A stretch of DNA of 64,000 nucleotides from Octopus sinensis. Taxonomy: Eukaryota. Positions 12,270 through 25,695 of this stretch are shown here, one piece after another. Position 1 is the first letter of the stretch; each line of letters begins with the position of its first letter. The DNA is taken from the NCBI RefSeq assembly GCF_006345805.1, contig NC_043003.1:64418001-64482000 (forward strand), written 5' to 3'. The notes under the pieces were generated by a model. That model was not told the origin of the DNA, ran no database searches, and saw only the letters and a program-made list of their open reading frames with translations. A program made the translations under genes and the position numbers.

Positions 12270-13410
12270 TCCCCCCCCCGATGGGGCTCCTTAACCATGG
12301 TGAGGGAAAGCAAAGTAGAAGGAAAACTTTGATATAAAACCAGGTTTGTGGTTGCTGACGGTCCCCTTTGTTGATGTACACTATCAGCATTTACTTATTC
12401 ATGGGGCAGTCTGGGCTCTGTAGCTTTTGAGCAACTAGACCGGGAGAAAGCCACTCTAATCTCAAATCTGCGATCGATTTAGCATCTGACATGTGGCACG
12501 CTGTGCACCAGAACAGGTAAATATCATCATTTATAGGCATGTAAGGCAATTGGAACGATACTATCAATATTGTCTGAGAAAATCTTTTGGGATAAATGGG
12601 AAAATAGCCATTAGTAATGTGGAGGTGCTTGAGAGAAGTGACTGTAGAAGTATAGAGTCAATGATTTTGCAAAGACGTCTGATGTAGGGGTGGGGAATTT
12701 GGCAAGGATGATTGATGAGCGACTGCCCAAGCAGCTATTGTACGGTGAGCTGGAAGATGACAGGAAACCAGTGAATAAGCCTAAACTAAGGTTTAAGGAT
12801 TGCTTTAAAAATGCTCTCATACAGACAGGAATTGCAGCTGTTGATTGGGAGAGGGTGGAACAAGACCGCGATGGATGGAGGAAAATAGTGCATGATGGTT
12901 GTTCAAGGTTTGAGAGGGAGAGAGTGAAGTACGAGAGAATTAGGAGAGGGCTTAGAAGGAGGGAGCCTGTGGAAAGTAAGAGTGTTGCTTTTTTTGTGCG
13001 TGTGTGTGTGTGTGTGTGTGTGTGATTTGTGGGAGGAGGTGTTTGAGTCGTGCAGGCCTGGGGAACCATAAAAAATCTCACAGGAATCGACCCATGATAA
13101 ACAGTGATGTGGCTATAAAAATTCACAACAGAACATGTGTAAAATGTGGAAGGGTGTACCTCTCAGGTGGAGGTCTGAAAAGACATGTTACGAGAGTGCA
13201 TATGGTGGTACCTGTTTCTCCTGCTAGCCAGTACAGTTGTGTAGCATGTAATAAAATGTGTAAAAGTTTGGCTGGGATTAAATGTCATATAAGGGCATCA
13301 CATGGCATCAATAATGAATCATTTCAGTAAGTCTTTTTGGCAATGGCTTTTCTCGTGTAACGAGGGTGCAACTATGATATGATATGATATATGACATGAT
13401 ATGATATGAT
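12270..13410 (+). mobile_element. RTE-clade LINE remnant (5'-UTR-like piece and ORF 3' end with three C2H2 fingers), (ATGAT)n tail
   Basis: RHVRQLERYYQYCLR...ISNVEVLERS...RLPKQLLYGEL...KPKLRFKD...WERVEQDRDGWRK, then CxxC...HxxxH three times; tail TATGATATGATATGAT at ~13372-13410. Confidence 0.85.
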
Positions 13411-13457
13411 ATATATATATATAATATATATATATATAATATATATATATTATATAT

Positions 13458-13514
<57 letters not shown>

Positions 13515-13607
13515 TATATATAAATATATAAATAAATAAATAGATAGATAGATAAATAAATAAATAAATATATATATATATATATATATGTGTGTATAAA
13601 CGACGGG

Positions 13608-13755
13608 TTTCTTTCAGTTTCCGTCTACCAAACCAACTCACAAGTCTTCGGTCGGCCTGAGGCTATAGTAGAAGACACTTGCCCAAGGTGCCATGTAGTG
13701 GGATTGGAAGCGGAACCATATGGATGGGAAGCAGGCTTCTTACCACACAGCCACA
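13608..13755 (-). mobile_element. SINE family A, 5' module
   Basis: Similar to 6835-7255. Confidence 0.8.
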
Positions 13756-15384
13756 TTTACCTCTACGTTCTGTGTTCAAATGTCGCCGAGATCAATTTTG
13801 TCTTTCGTCCTTCCGGCCTTGATAAAATAAAACTCTAAGTGGAGTACTAAGGTCAATACAACCGACTGTTTCTTCCCATCAGGCAAATTTATGCCCCTTG
13901 TGTTTTTATGAGAAACGATAAAGCAACTAGAGGCAAACATGCACACCGCTAAATACATCTTCATTATTTGCTCACAGTCACATGTAAAGTTGAAGCTAAT
14001 GGGTTGTCAGATAAATTCGTTCGTTTTTTTTTCTTTTCCTACTTCAAAGATGATAAACAAAAGTTGTAGAGGATGAATAGAGCTACAATTTAACCATAAA
14101 ATAATTGTAAATAAGTATATCATTCGCGTAAATTCAAATAGACACTTAAGTTCATGAACTGGTGTCAACTTAATATCATACCCATTTCAAATTTATTCAA
14201 ATAATACTGGAAGGGATTAAGGGGAAAAAAAGAGACACAAAGAATAAAAAAAAACAAAATAATACAAAACAATAAACGAACGAATTTATCTGACAAGCTA
14301 ATTGTTAGTTTGCTATCTTATTAGCTATCAAGCCAACCCCACGGGAGGGTCTACGTAAAATTTCTGGGTCAATGAGACCTATCATAATCTTTTGACCTAA
14401 CATTGACATTTACAAGGAGTTCTTTAACTTGATATGTTCATCTGGTTTCATTTCACTCGTGATTTGTAATAAATCTATCAAACATTAGTCGTTTCGTGAT
14501 GACCAGGGCCTTTCCCGCTCTCTTTAAAACATGAATGTATTTTAGACCCTTTTAAGCGTGCCCACACCTCTACACAAATGTCTTAGAGATAAAGAGGAAG
14601 ACCAACAGAAAAGAGCATCCGAATTGTTGGTTTTTTTTTGTCCTTTTTGTTCATTTGTTCATTTTCTTTCTTTCTTCCCCCTTCCTATTTTTTTATATTT
14701 CTTTCGTTTGTTTCCTTTTGCTCATATTTTATCGTATTAAAAATTGCGAGCTAGATAAGTCATGGTTTAAAAATGAGAAAAAAACTCCCAACTATTAGTT
14801 GTGTGTGTTTGTGTGTGTGTGTGTGCGTGTGTGTGTATACGTGCATTTATACGTACATTTATACATACATACACTACATACACACATACATACATACATA
14901 CATACATACATTCATACATATATACATACATACATACATACATAAATACATACATACACACACACACACACAAACATATATTTATATATATATATATATA
15001 TACGTACATATATTCATACACAGTTAAATATACAAACACATGTGCGTGTGTATGAATGTGCGTGTGTATGAATGTGCGTGTACGTAATGTCTTATTCAAG
15101 AGGAGAAAGTAGTGTTCGTAACCCTTCACAGAACGGGACCCCCTAGACTGCCAGGGAACGAGAGGAAATTATCCTCAAACTAGAGACCAAGTCTGAATGC
15201 TTGCAACTAAGTGGATATAACTAAAGATACCCGATGTATGTATCAGGCAATGACGATAAACTGGGCAACCGATGAAAAACTATGAAAAGCAAAAATGGCA
15301 ACTTCAGCGACAACGAGAAACTCCAGTTGGGCCATTTCTCATTAAAACCAAAATTAATCGTTTCGTGATGGAGGTGCTTATCTC

Positions 15385-15520
15385 CCCCTTTGTAAACATA
15401 AGGACACAGGAAATATGTCAAGGTCGATAGGAAGCGGTGCTTCCTAGTTCTAAATAGCAGTAGTATTATTCCCTTTCATGGGACTGTCACATTAAGTTGA
15501 CAACACACCAATACTTTATA
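15385..15520 (+). repeat. Diverged single copy of the arm of the 57883-58263 foldback
   Basis: CCCCTTTGTAAACATAAGGACACAGGAAATATGTCAAGGTCGATAGG...GGGACTGTCACATTAAGTTGAC aligns with 58130-58250. Confidence 0.7.
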
Positions 15521-15849
15521 GTGTTACTACTGTATAAATCTCTCTGAGAGATTTAGAAATGTATTATTTCTATAAACAACACATGCGTCATGACTTTTGA
15601 CATCATGACTATATCCGGTTTGTTATATTCAGGTGTCAGGAAGAACTCTACAAAAAAGTTCTCTACCCATACCAAAATCAAGTTTTGTCTCAAAAGCCAC
15701 GATACAAATGTGATTAAGTTTATCATGATACACAAGCATGATTCCATATCATGACGAAAAAAGAGCGTGCATTGGAATGTTCGCCGAGCGTGTGGATTCT
15801 AAGAGGATTCTTCCACAGACATCAGTGTTTTCAGCTGTGTTGCACCTCA

Positions 15850-16861
15850 CCAGTTGGTACCTTTGGAGGCAAAACTTTGACGTCTCTGGTTGAGACTTGT
15901 GTGCGACTCGTATAAACTAAAGAAAAAATCCAAAGTAACTGTCGAAACGCACGAAGAAGGCCGGCGTCATCAAAACTGAGAATTGTGTAACTAAAGAAAA
16001 ATTTAAACAAGAAATGAACAAAAAAGAACAATAAAGAAAAAAGAAAAAGCTTGGAAGGAAAAGAAAAGGTACAGTCAGTTTGCAAGAGATATGAACACCA
16101 AGACAGATACAGAGGATCGTTTGCAATGGATAAGGAGGAGTGACCTTAAGATAGAGACGGAAGTAGTCATATGCGCAGCTCAGGAACAAGCATTAAGGAC
16201 CAATTAAAGGAAGTGCAGAATAGACAACACTACTGATAGTAATTAACGCAGAATGTGTGGTGAGAAGGGTGAAACGGTATGGCTCATCGTTAGTGAATGC
16301 CCGAATACAAAAGACGCCATGACAATGTAGCAAGAATGATCCATTGGGAGCTCTGTGGAAATCACGGCCTACAAAGAGCAAAGACGTAGTATGAGCAAAC
16401 TCCAGAAGGAGTAATCGAAAATGAGAATTGCAAAATCTTGTGGGATGCAATGATCCAGTGCGATCACTCAACCAGATATCGGAAACCGGACATTGTTGTG
16501 GTGAATAAAAAAGCACATGTATGATAATCGACATAGCATGCCCCGGTAAAAACAGCATCAATTTGAAAGAAGAAGAAAAAATAAACAACTATGATGATTT
16601 AAAGTGGGGAAATACGAAGGTTGTGGTCAATAAAGAGGGTAGACGTAATCCCAGTAGTTATTGGTGCACTTGGAAATATCAGCACTCAACTACCAGCATG
16701 ACTGAACATAGAACACCAACGAAAATCAGCATTGCTTGGAACTGCAAGAATTCTTTGCAGGGTTCTTGGAGCACGACCAGTAAACAAGTGTCACCTTAGT
16801 CTACTGGCTGTGGGCAACTGACACTTTCCATCTTCTCCAGCAAAATAAGCTGTGAATTTTC

Positions 16862-16864
<3 letters not shown>
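15850..16864 (+). mobile_element. 5'-truncated, decayed R4/Dong-type RLE retrotransposon with (TAA)n tail
   Basis: ETEVVICAAQEQAL, CCHC remnant, RHDNVARMIHWELC, KPDIVV, IIDIACP, K..YDDLK, VIPVVIGALG; followed by a TAA array at 16865-17022. Confidence 0.85.
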
Positions 16865-16909
<45 letters not shown>

Positions 16910-16946
16910 TGATGATGATAACGATGATAATAATGATAATAATAAT

Positions 16947-16982
<36 letters not shown>

Positions 16983-16985
16983 CAC

Positions 16986-17022
<37 letters not shown>

Positions 17023-17840
17023 GGCGGCTGGACGTGACAGAGGATGGACGTATTTTTACGATGCTCTGAACTGGCAACAGCGAACCCAGCAGGTCAACTG
17101 TAGAAAACTGGAAGATCTACTGTTTACTGTAAGTAATTTGAATTACCCTCAAAATAAGTAAAAAAAAAAAAACTTACATATCTACAGCTCATACAAACGT
17201 ACACCTAACAAGAAAAATTAGAAACATAAATATCTCCAATTCTGTGCGAACATTTACATCTAGTCGTCTCTCATGACTATAAGAATGTGTAAAATTGCCT
17301 TTTAAATTACCTTTTATTGTAACAACACAATTAAATGCACGATAAAAAGTTATGGAATTAAGCACCTACTACTATATACATACAACTGAATTCAGAAATT
17401 TAAAAATATGGCCACAGCTCATAAGCTGAAACTAGAATCAATCAATCAATCAATCATAACATTGAGCTCAGAAAGTTATTTAAAAAAAGAAAAAAAAATC
17501 TTCGACGAAAACATCAGATAATATGTGTGAGTGAATATACATATATATACATATACATATGCATGTGGTGAAGAAGAAAAGAGAAAGGAAAAAAATAAAT
17601 AAATAAATAAATAAATAAACGTAAACAGGTTTGACCTTTTACTGACCATTAACGTCCTTTGTCTCCACCATCTACCGTGGCTATTTATAGACCCAAAGAA
17701 CATGAATTCTTTAACCACCCATTCTCCAACACAATGGAGTGTTGATGGTGGCTGTGGCTACACATTGAAGATGATGATGGTGATGGTGATGTTGCTGATG
17801 ATGGTGATGGTGGTGAAGATGATAGTAATAACAATAATAA

Positions 17841-20800
17841 CTGACAGATCCCGTCTTTTTCCCTTTCTTTTCGTTTCCTTCTCCGTATTTTATTCTCATT
17901 ATTTCGAACTACAGACACAGTAAGCCTTGAAGAAAGGAAAAAAAAAAAAAAAAAAAAAATGTCCGGAGATAAAACTATCAACAAAAAAAATACAGACGAA
18001 TATAGATCTGCTAGTCTTAAGAAGCGGCGCTATGAGCAATGCTTACATGTAGTGAACCCTAAACTGACAGATCCATCTCCTAATATAAGAATGGATGCTC
18101 GTCATGCTTCAAGGTCAACAAATCAAACAATAAACCGCATTGGTCATTGCGCGGATTACAAAAGACCACGTACCCGAAAATTGAACCAAATCCTGATTGA
18201 AAAATCAGTTACTGGATCAAATCTTCCCAACACACAGGAGCTGGACGAATCCCACAACCGGAATATTCCAACAGATGGCCATCCATGCTCATCACCAAAT
18301 AATCAAAAGAAAAAGAAGGAAAAATGGTCTAGGGAAGATAATAAAGAAGTTCTTGAGACCTTCTACCATGCCATATATTTCCCCACAGATAAGTCTAGCA
18401 CTGTACAAGCATACTTAAACTGGAGACAGAAACACCCTGAAGTAAGACCCTACATAGACAGTAACAAGCTTGCCAATGTTAGAAGAAACATTATAAAAAA
18501 GAAATTACTGACTGAAGTAGAGATTGATCAGGTTAGACAAGCAATATCGGATAAAATGAACGAAGCTGCAGCTAGAGAAGATAATACAGAGGAAATGATT
18601 ATAGACCAGCCCAGGGCGGATAAAAACGAAGAGAGGATTGAAAGAGTTAGTATAAGTGATAGGCAAAGTGAAATACGCCCTGAACCAATCATAAACACTA
18701 AGACAGATGAGCATCAAATAGATAAAGAAAGTCACACAAATATTGACCCAACAGAACTACATGAGCTAAAAAATCAAATCATGATTGAATGGCTGAAAAT
18801 TAAAGAAACCAGCATGGATGAGCGTGATACACTTCCTAAAATCCGCAACTCTAACCAAAACATGAAAATAATTGGTAAAATCCGGCTTGCACTTAAGGAT
18901 ATAATTTCAGTTAATGATGTTGATATCACAAACCTCAACCACCTATACTATGCATCCGCGAAAATCTCAACGATCCTATGTGGTGTAAAGATTAGAAAAC
19001 GGCAACAGTCCCACAAAAAGCCTTCTTGGCAAGAGCGTCTGCAACAACAAATTAAAATATTTAGATCTGACATTGAATATTTGAAAAACCTTAAGGCTCA
19101 CAAGACTACCAAACCTACAAAAACCCAAAAATTACTGAAAAAATACAATATGAAAACTATACTTGATATTGATGCCACCATAGAAACCATCAAACAAAGG
19201 TATCTGCCAAAGCTGCCCGCATAGCGAGGTATGAAAAGCGTGTTAGATTTTCAAGGACAACAACATGTTCAAAAATAACACCAAGAATTTTTACAGGAAG
19301 ATAGGAAAAACAGCGTTTACTGCAGGGTCTGTACCATCAAAAGAAGAAGTGCAGAGATTTTGGAATAAAATCTGGGCAGAAGAAAAAACACACAACGAAA
19401 AGGCCCCCTGGATTGACAGAATATCTACAGAACTGGACCCCTTAGAAGAGCAAAAGTGGGAGGGTGTCAAGGTAGAAGATATAAGATCTGCTCTCAGGAG
19501 GTCAAGCAAATGGAAGTCTCCAGGAAAGGATAAAATTCCTAACTTCTGGCTGAATGCCTTCCCAGAGAGCCATGAACTGCTAACAGAACTGTACAATGAT
19601 GTTTTGCAACACCCTAGTAGGATGCCTCCTTGGCTAGTTAATGGGTTAACATTCCTGCTTCCAAAAAGTGAAGAAACAAATGAACCAAAAAACTATAGAC
19701 CCATAACCTGCTTAACAACTATGTACAAAACACTAACATCTGTCCTGACGGAATATACCTATAGTTTTTTAACAGACAGCAGCATATTCCCTAATGAACA
19801 GAAAGGATGTAAACGTGGATCCTACGGCTGTAAAGACCAACTACTCATCAATAAGATGATCTTAGAAGATTGTCACAAACGACACAAAAACTTATCAATA
19901 GCCTGGATAGACTATAAAAAGGCTTTTGATAGCCTACCACATAGCTGGATTAGGAAATGCCTTGAAATGTATAAGATAGCACCAACTCTGCGAAACTTCT
20001 TGACTGTAAGTATGAGATCATGGAGAACCACACTAACTCTGAACAGTGACAGTGAATCCCTAAATGCTGGTGATGTAAAAATTTCGTGTGGCATTTTCCA
20101 GGGTGACTCACTGTCACCACTCCTCTTTTGTTTATCCTTAATACCTCTCTCAAAGCTGCTCAATGACGCGCAGTACGGGTATAAAATGTTTGATAAAAAT
20201 ATAAATCATCTCGTTTACATGGATGATTTAAAGCTTTTTGCAAAAAATGATCAACAACTCAAGGGCTTACTAGCGATAGTCAAACAATTCAGTGACGACA
20301 TCAGAATGCAATTCGGCCTCGATAAATGTGCAAAGGCTACCTTTATCAAAGGAAAAATGACAGAAACATCTAACGTTAACCTTGACCAACAGAATGTCAT
20401 AAAAGAACTAGACCCAGCGGAGAGCTACAAGTACCTAGGGGTAATTGAAGGGAACGGAATAAGGCATTCAGAGATGAAGGAAAGGATCAGGAGAGAATGC
20501 TATCGAAGAGTGAGAGCAATACTCAAGACAGAGCTGAATGCAAGAAACAGGATCGAAGCAATCAATGCATTAGCTATACCAGTCGTGACTTACAGTTTCA
20601 ATATTGTTAACTGGTCAATTACTGAAATATGTCAGCTCGACAGAAAAATAAGGAAACTGTTGACAATGCATAGAATGCACCACCCTAAGGCAGATACAGA
20701 ACGACTCTATCTGCCAAGAAAAGAGGGAGGCCGTGGTCTTTTGCAACTGGCAATAACAATGAAGATTGCTACAATTGGCCTAGACACCTACCTGAAAAAC

Positions 20801-21993
20801 TCTGAGGACTGGATGCTAAAACTTGTCTCAAAACATGAAAACAAGAAAGCATCATACTCAGTCACAAAACAGGCAAAGGAATATCTAAGTGAATTCCGAA
20901 TACAACCAATTTCGGAATTAGAGATAGATATACAAGAAACAAGCACAGAAAAAGCTAGGCGCATGAAAACCCGTGCCAAAACTGCGGCCTTAGATATTCT
21001 GAATAATAAATGGCAAGAAAAACCTCTCTATGGCAAATACCCAAAGAGAGCGAATAATGCAGATATCGACAAAGCCCTGACCCATCAATGGCTAATGGCC
21101 TCTGGCTTAAAATCTGAAACAGAGGGGTTTATCATAGCAGCTCAAGATCAATGCCTACCAACAAGAAACTACCAGGCCAACATATTAAAGATCAGAAGCA
21201 GTCCAACGTGTCGTGTATGCAAGCAACAAAATGAAACCATTGACCATGTGGTCTCCAAGTGCAGTCTTCTAGCGCCTACAGAGTATCTCAACAGGCACGA
21301 TAGAGCTGCACAATATATTCACTGGGTAATCTGTAAAAACCTGGATTTGCCCCATGAAAAAAAACTGGTGGGAACACAAACCACCCCCAGTGCTTGAAAA
21401 TGACCACATCTCACTCCTCTGGAACTTCACCATTCAAACTGACAGGAAGATAGATGCAAATAGGCCAGACATCATATTGAAAAACTTCAAACAAAGAACA
21501 TGCCTCCTCATTGATATGACTGTCCCAATCGATATAAACGTATCTGTCAAGACCTACCAAAAACTGAGCAAATATAAAGATCTTGAAATAGAAATCAGCA
21601 AAATGTGGAAGCTGAAGACTAAAACAATACCTGTTGTCATAGGTGCCCTGGGAATGATAGCAAAAGGGGCTGATAGCTACCTAACTCAGATACCAGGAAA
21701 CCCAAAATGGCAGAAGTTCAAAAGATAGTGCTCATGGGAACTGCTCATATCCTACGCAAAATACTCTCTATGTAATCTCAAGGTTTAAAACAAACATAAT
21801 TTTCGGTTTTAAAAAAAAAAAAAAAAAAAAACCTTTTTTTTTTAGACATTCATTAGTACAACATCCCCACCCCCCAAATATATGGCACACTAGGCATAAC
21901 AACAACATGAACTTCCAACCCTGTTGTCTCTTGAGGTCTCTGGGTGAGACTTGGAGCCAACTTGTACAAATATAAAGCAAAAGTCAAACATAG
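17841..21993 (+). mobile_element. Near full-length R4/Dong-clade non-LTR retrotransposon inserted in (TAA)n
   Basis: Flanked by ...AACAATAATAA (5') and a (TAA)n array (3'); one long ORF in pieces with RT, CCHC and restriction-like endonuclease. Confidence 0.95.
17959..21775 (+). CDS. R4/Dong polyprotein (RT + CCHC + PD-(D/E)xK restriction-like endonuclease), apparent frameshifts at ~19200, ~19250, ~21360 and ~21705
   Basis: KWSREDNKEV N-terminal motif; KSPGKDKIPNFW; NYRPITCL; IDYKKAFDSLPH; GIFQGDSLSPLLF; YMDDLKL; CRVC..ETIDHVVSKC; RPDI..IDMTVP..KLSKY; end ..GTAHILRKILSM*. Confidence 0.9.
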
Positions 21994-22057
21994 AATAATA
22001 ATAATAATAATAATAATAATGATGATGATGATGATGATAACGATGATAATAATAATA

Positions 22058-22124
<67 letters not shown>

Positions 22125-22125
<1 letters not shown>

Positions 22126-22679
22126 CCCTGATGAAGTACCAGCAAGTGGCTCTCGTGGCTTCTGATCTTAACTGATTGGAAGTGTTATCATGTACATTGT
22201 TTTGTCTTGGTATAAAAGATGGGCTACAGCAAATATTCTGCTCAATACCACAGATTTGCCTGTCAGTTGTTTGACCGTAACCAGTTGAGCATGTCCCTTA
22301 TTAGCTGACGATATGTGCATCTCTGATCACAAGCAGAAGTCTTGGGGGAGCATCATAGCCATGTGTTGAGAGGAATTCTTTGGGATTTGAATAATTCACC
22401 TCTGGAAACATGGGTGTTTCCTTGAACATCCTTAAACAACCCTTATTCAGGGACCTTTTGAGCGGGATGGGTTACTTGACCAGAAGAAAATTCTAACTGG
22501 GCCCCACCTGCAAGGTCATGTGCTGTTTATCTTATTATGAGATCACCATGTCGCGCACATATGGTTGTGATGTATGTGTCTGGTGTACCCTTATCAGATG
22601 GGTAGTCATGATGAGTATACTGGGCTTCGTATATTTTAACCCCAGTGTCACTTTGATGGCATGCACTGCTCTCTCACAC
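22125..22679 (+). mobile_element. ~555 bp non-coding dispersed element flanked by (TAA)n/(TGA)n arrays (copy 1)
   Basis: Aligns end-to-end with 53851-54405 (minus); no ORF or tRNA head seen. Confidence 0.85.
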
Positions 22680-22683
22680 AATA

Positions 22684-22760
<77 letters not shown>

Positions 22761-23545
22761 TATTGTACTACATCAGATGCTATACGGGTTCAATTGCTTC
22801 CTTGTTCTTGTTAATGTTTCATTGAGGGCGTCTCATAACTAATTCTACTAAATATCAGATGTCATCGTGGCCCACTCAAAAGAATTTTATTGGCATACTT
22901 CCGGAACATTTATGGTCCATCTTGTGTGTGACCGCTTTAAAGTATATTTAAAAGGAACAAGAACGTGATTTGCTAAGAGGTGTATTTTGTTTTCCAATCT
23001 ATGAGTGGGTTGGATAAATAAACATTTATAAATAAATGAATGTGGTCACATTCAAAGCACGTGGTATATTATTTCTTTTGGTTCAATACACGATTCATTG
23101 CCATTATCAACACCGTCATACATCTGCTTATATCAAAAGGATGTCACTGTGGCGTGCACATATTTTTGTATAAGCATGTATACATCAGAGTGTAAACATC
23201 TTTTTACGCTTATATATGGCAACATAATTACATATGTGTGTGTACATTTATGTCCGTAGGTCTTGGCCTGTGTATATATGTATAATTATACATACATAAT
23301 ATATATATGTGTGTGTGTGTGTGTATAGACATATGTTGTATTATTACATACGCACAATACTCGCACACATATGCACATACACAAACATGCACACACACAC
23401 ACATATATATATATGTATTCATGTTTGTACATATATATATATATATATATATCCATACAAACATGCATTCATGCATATATATATATATATGTATGTATAC
23501 ACATACACATACAAGGACGCGCACACACACACGCACACACACACA

Positions 23546-23576
<31 letters not shown>

Positions 23577-23932
23577 CAGAGACACAGACACAGACACAGA
23601 CACACACACACGAAAACATGATTGTATTTCTGTATGTGTTTTCTCATGGAACTGTGAAACCAAATTCTTGTAAATGTACAATGTTTTTTTTTTCCATTTT
23701 ATTTTATTATTTTTTTCGTTCCCATTTACGAGAAGAAGTTGATTGTATACAGAAAATGAAAACACCTTCCTCCAACGCCCCAAATATTGGGCTTCAATAT
23801 ATATTAATAGTTGAACTTGGCATTCCCTTCCACCTCTAGTTCTACTGAATTTACGCCCTGTTCTCCAACAGAAGAGTAGATCACATATCAGCGGTAACCC
23901 ATCTCCATTACAAAGGCAACATTTTCCAGCAG

Positions 23933-24005
<73 letters not shown>

Positions 24006-24179
24006 ACAGCCGCTTATAGCCGCTGGAGTGACTGTGTGGTAAGAAGCTTGCTTTCCAACTACATGGCTCCGGGTTCAGTCCCACTGCGTGGAACCTTGGG
24101 TAAATGTCTCCTACTATAGTCTGGGAAGACCAAAGCCTTGTGAGTGGATTTGGTAGACGGAAACTGAAAGAAGCCTGTC

Positions 24180-24230
<51 letters not shown>

Positions 24231-24239
24231 AGCAAGAAG

Positions 24240-24720
24240 TTGAGGTTATAAGAGATAATGGTGTCATTGAGACCCAAAGGTGTCAGGTAGTGCTGAATAA
24301 GTGCTATAGACAGACCATAGTTAAGTTCCAGATTCGGTAATATTGCGAATAAAGGGTTCAACGTTGGTTCTATGTCAGCAAGTGTATATAAGAATTTTTT
24401 GCGTAATAAGATAAAAACCAAGGCTGTATAGATATTAGAGCATTTATAGATAGCAGGTTTTACAGCTGTTTCTAGGATATTAATTAATAATATCCTTTCA
24501 TCGGAGACGGTGTGTGAGGAAAAATTAAGTCATAGTTTCGATGTGATACAAAATAGAGAGTGAGGTGGAGGAAAGAAATCGATGTAAGATATGTACGGGT
24601 ATTGAATTTGTAAATCCGTTTTATAAGCATAATGGTATATATGCAATATTCCGATATCCTATGAGTAAAGTCCAAAAGTCCAACAGAGTTTAATATGAGT
24701 CCTTCCAAATATAGAGTTTA
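24240..24720 (-). mobile_element. Penelope-like 3' end / pLTR remnant
   Basis: EGLILNSVGLLDF resembles a PLE C-terminus and is followed by an HHR motif. Confidence 0.5.
24455..24510 (-). ncRNA. Degenerate type I hammerhead motif
   Basis: Minus strand CCGTCT-CCGATGA-aAGGATATTA ttaat TAATATCCTa-GAAA-CAGCTG-TA-AAACC: 9 bp stem II, palindromic stem III, stem I decayed. Confidence 0.6.
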
Positions 24721-24934
24721 TAAGTAATGTTAGATTCCCTTCCCATATAAGGGAATCTTACATTGCTTATGTTTATGTCCTCGTAACTTAGCGGTTCGGC
24801 AAAGGGGACGGATAGAAAACGTACTAGGCTTACAAAGTATATGTCCGTGGTCGACTTGTTCGAATAAAAGGTGGTGCTCCAGCATGGCTGCAGTCAAATG
24901 ACTGAAACAAGTAAAAGAATAAAAGAATACATAT

Positions 24935-25335
24935 GGGCGCAGGAGTGGCTGTGTGGTAAGTAGCTTGCTAACAAACCACATGGTTCCAGGTTCAGTCCCA
25001 CTGCGTGGCACCTTGGCAAGTGTCTTCTACTATAGCCTCGGGCCGACCAAAGCCTTGTGAGTGGATTTGGTAGACGGAAACTGAAAGAAGCCTGTCGTAT
25101 ATATGTATATATATATGCGTGTGTGTGTTTGTGTGTCTGTGTTTGTCCCCCTAGCATTGCTTGACAACCGATGCTGGTGTGTTTATGTCCCCGTTACTTA
25201 GCGGTTCGGCAAAAGTGACCGATAGAATAAGTACTGGGCTTACAAAAGAATAAGTCCCGGGGTCGAGTTGCTCGATTAAAGGCGGTGCTCCAGCATGGCC
25301 GCAGTCAAATGACTGAAACAAGTAAAAGAATAAAA
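24935..25335 (+). mobile_element. Full-length SINE family A, preceded by an extra 3' module at ~24770-24925
   Basis: GGCGCAGGAGTGGCTGTGTGGTAAG...GCATGGCCGCAGTCAAATGACTGAAACAAGTAAAAGAATAAAAG. Confidence 0.9.
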
Positions 25336-25695
25336 GAATACATATATATTAAGGCGCAGACATGTCTGTGTAGTGAGAAGCTTACTTTGCAGCCATATAG
25401 TTTCGGGTTCAGCCCCACAGCGCGGCATCATGTTGGTCAAGCGTCTTCTATTATAATTCCGGGCTGGATAATGCTTTGTGAACGAATTTAGTACAAGGAA
25501 ACACAGTGGAACTTTGTGATATGTATATATATTATTCAAAGAAATTCCAACTCTGGTTTTTATGTTTTATTTATATTCTTTATAATATTAATGTAGAATA
25601 TAGAATATATAGTATAAATAATATATATATAGTAAAATGAAATGAAGTGTTGATTGTCTTATTGAATAGATGAAATGTTGAATATAAAATATTAG

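Noticed and set aside
14535-14640. Protein-like reading PTPLHKCLRDKEEDQQKRASELL
   Set aside because: No consensus splice donor; no recognised homology
19291-20979. Antisense ORFs within the R4 element and the CR1 elements
   Set aside because: Shadow frames of coding sequence
22125-22160. CTGATGAA at the start of the 555 bp element
   Set aside because: No GAAA or stems, and the second copy reads CTGATGCA
22860-22945. Exon-like block open in two frames
   Set aside because: Weak acceptor and donor, and no recognisable product
24935-25010. tRNA-like sequences with A/B boxes (many copies)
   Set aside because: SINE heads; no complete cloverleaf or acceptor stem, so not called as tRNA genes
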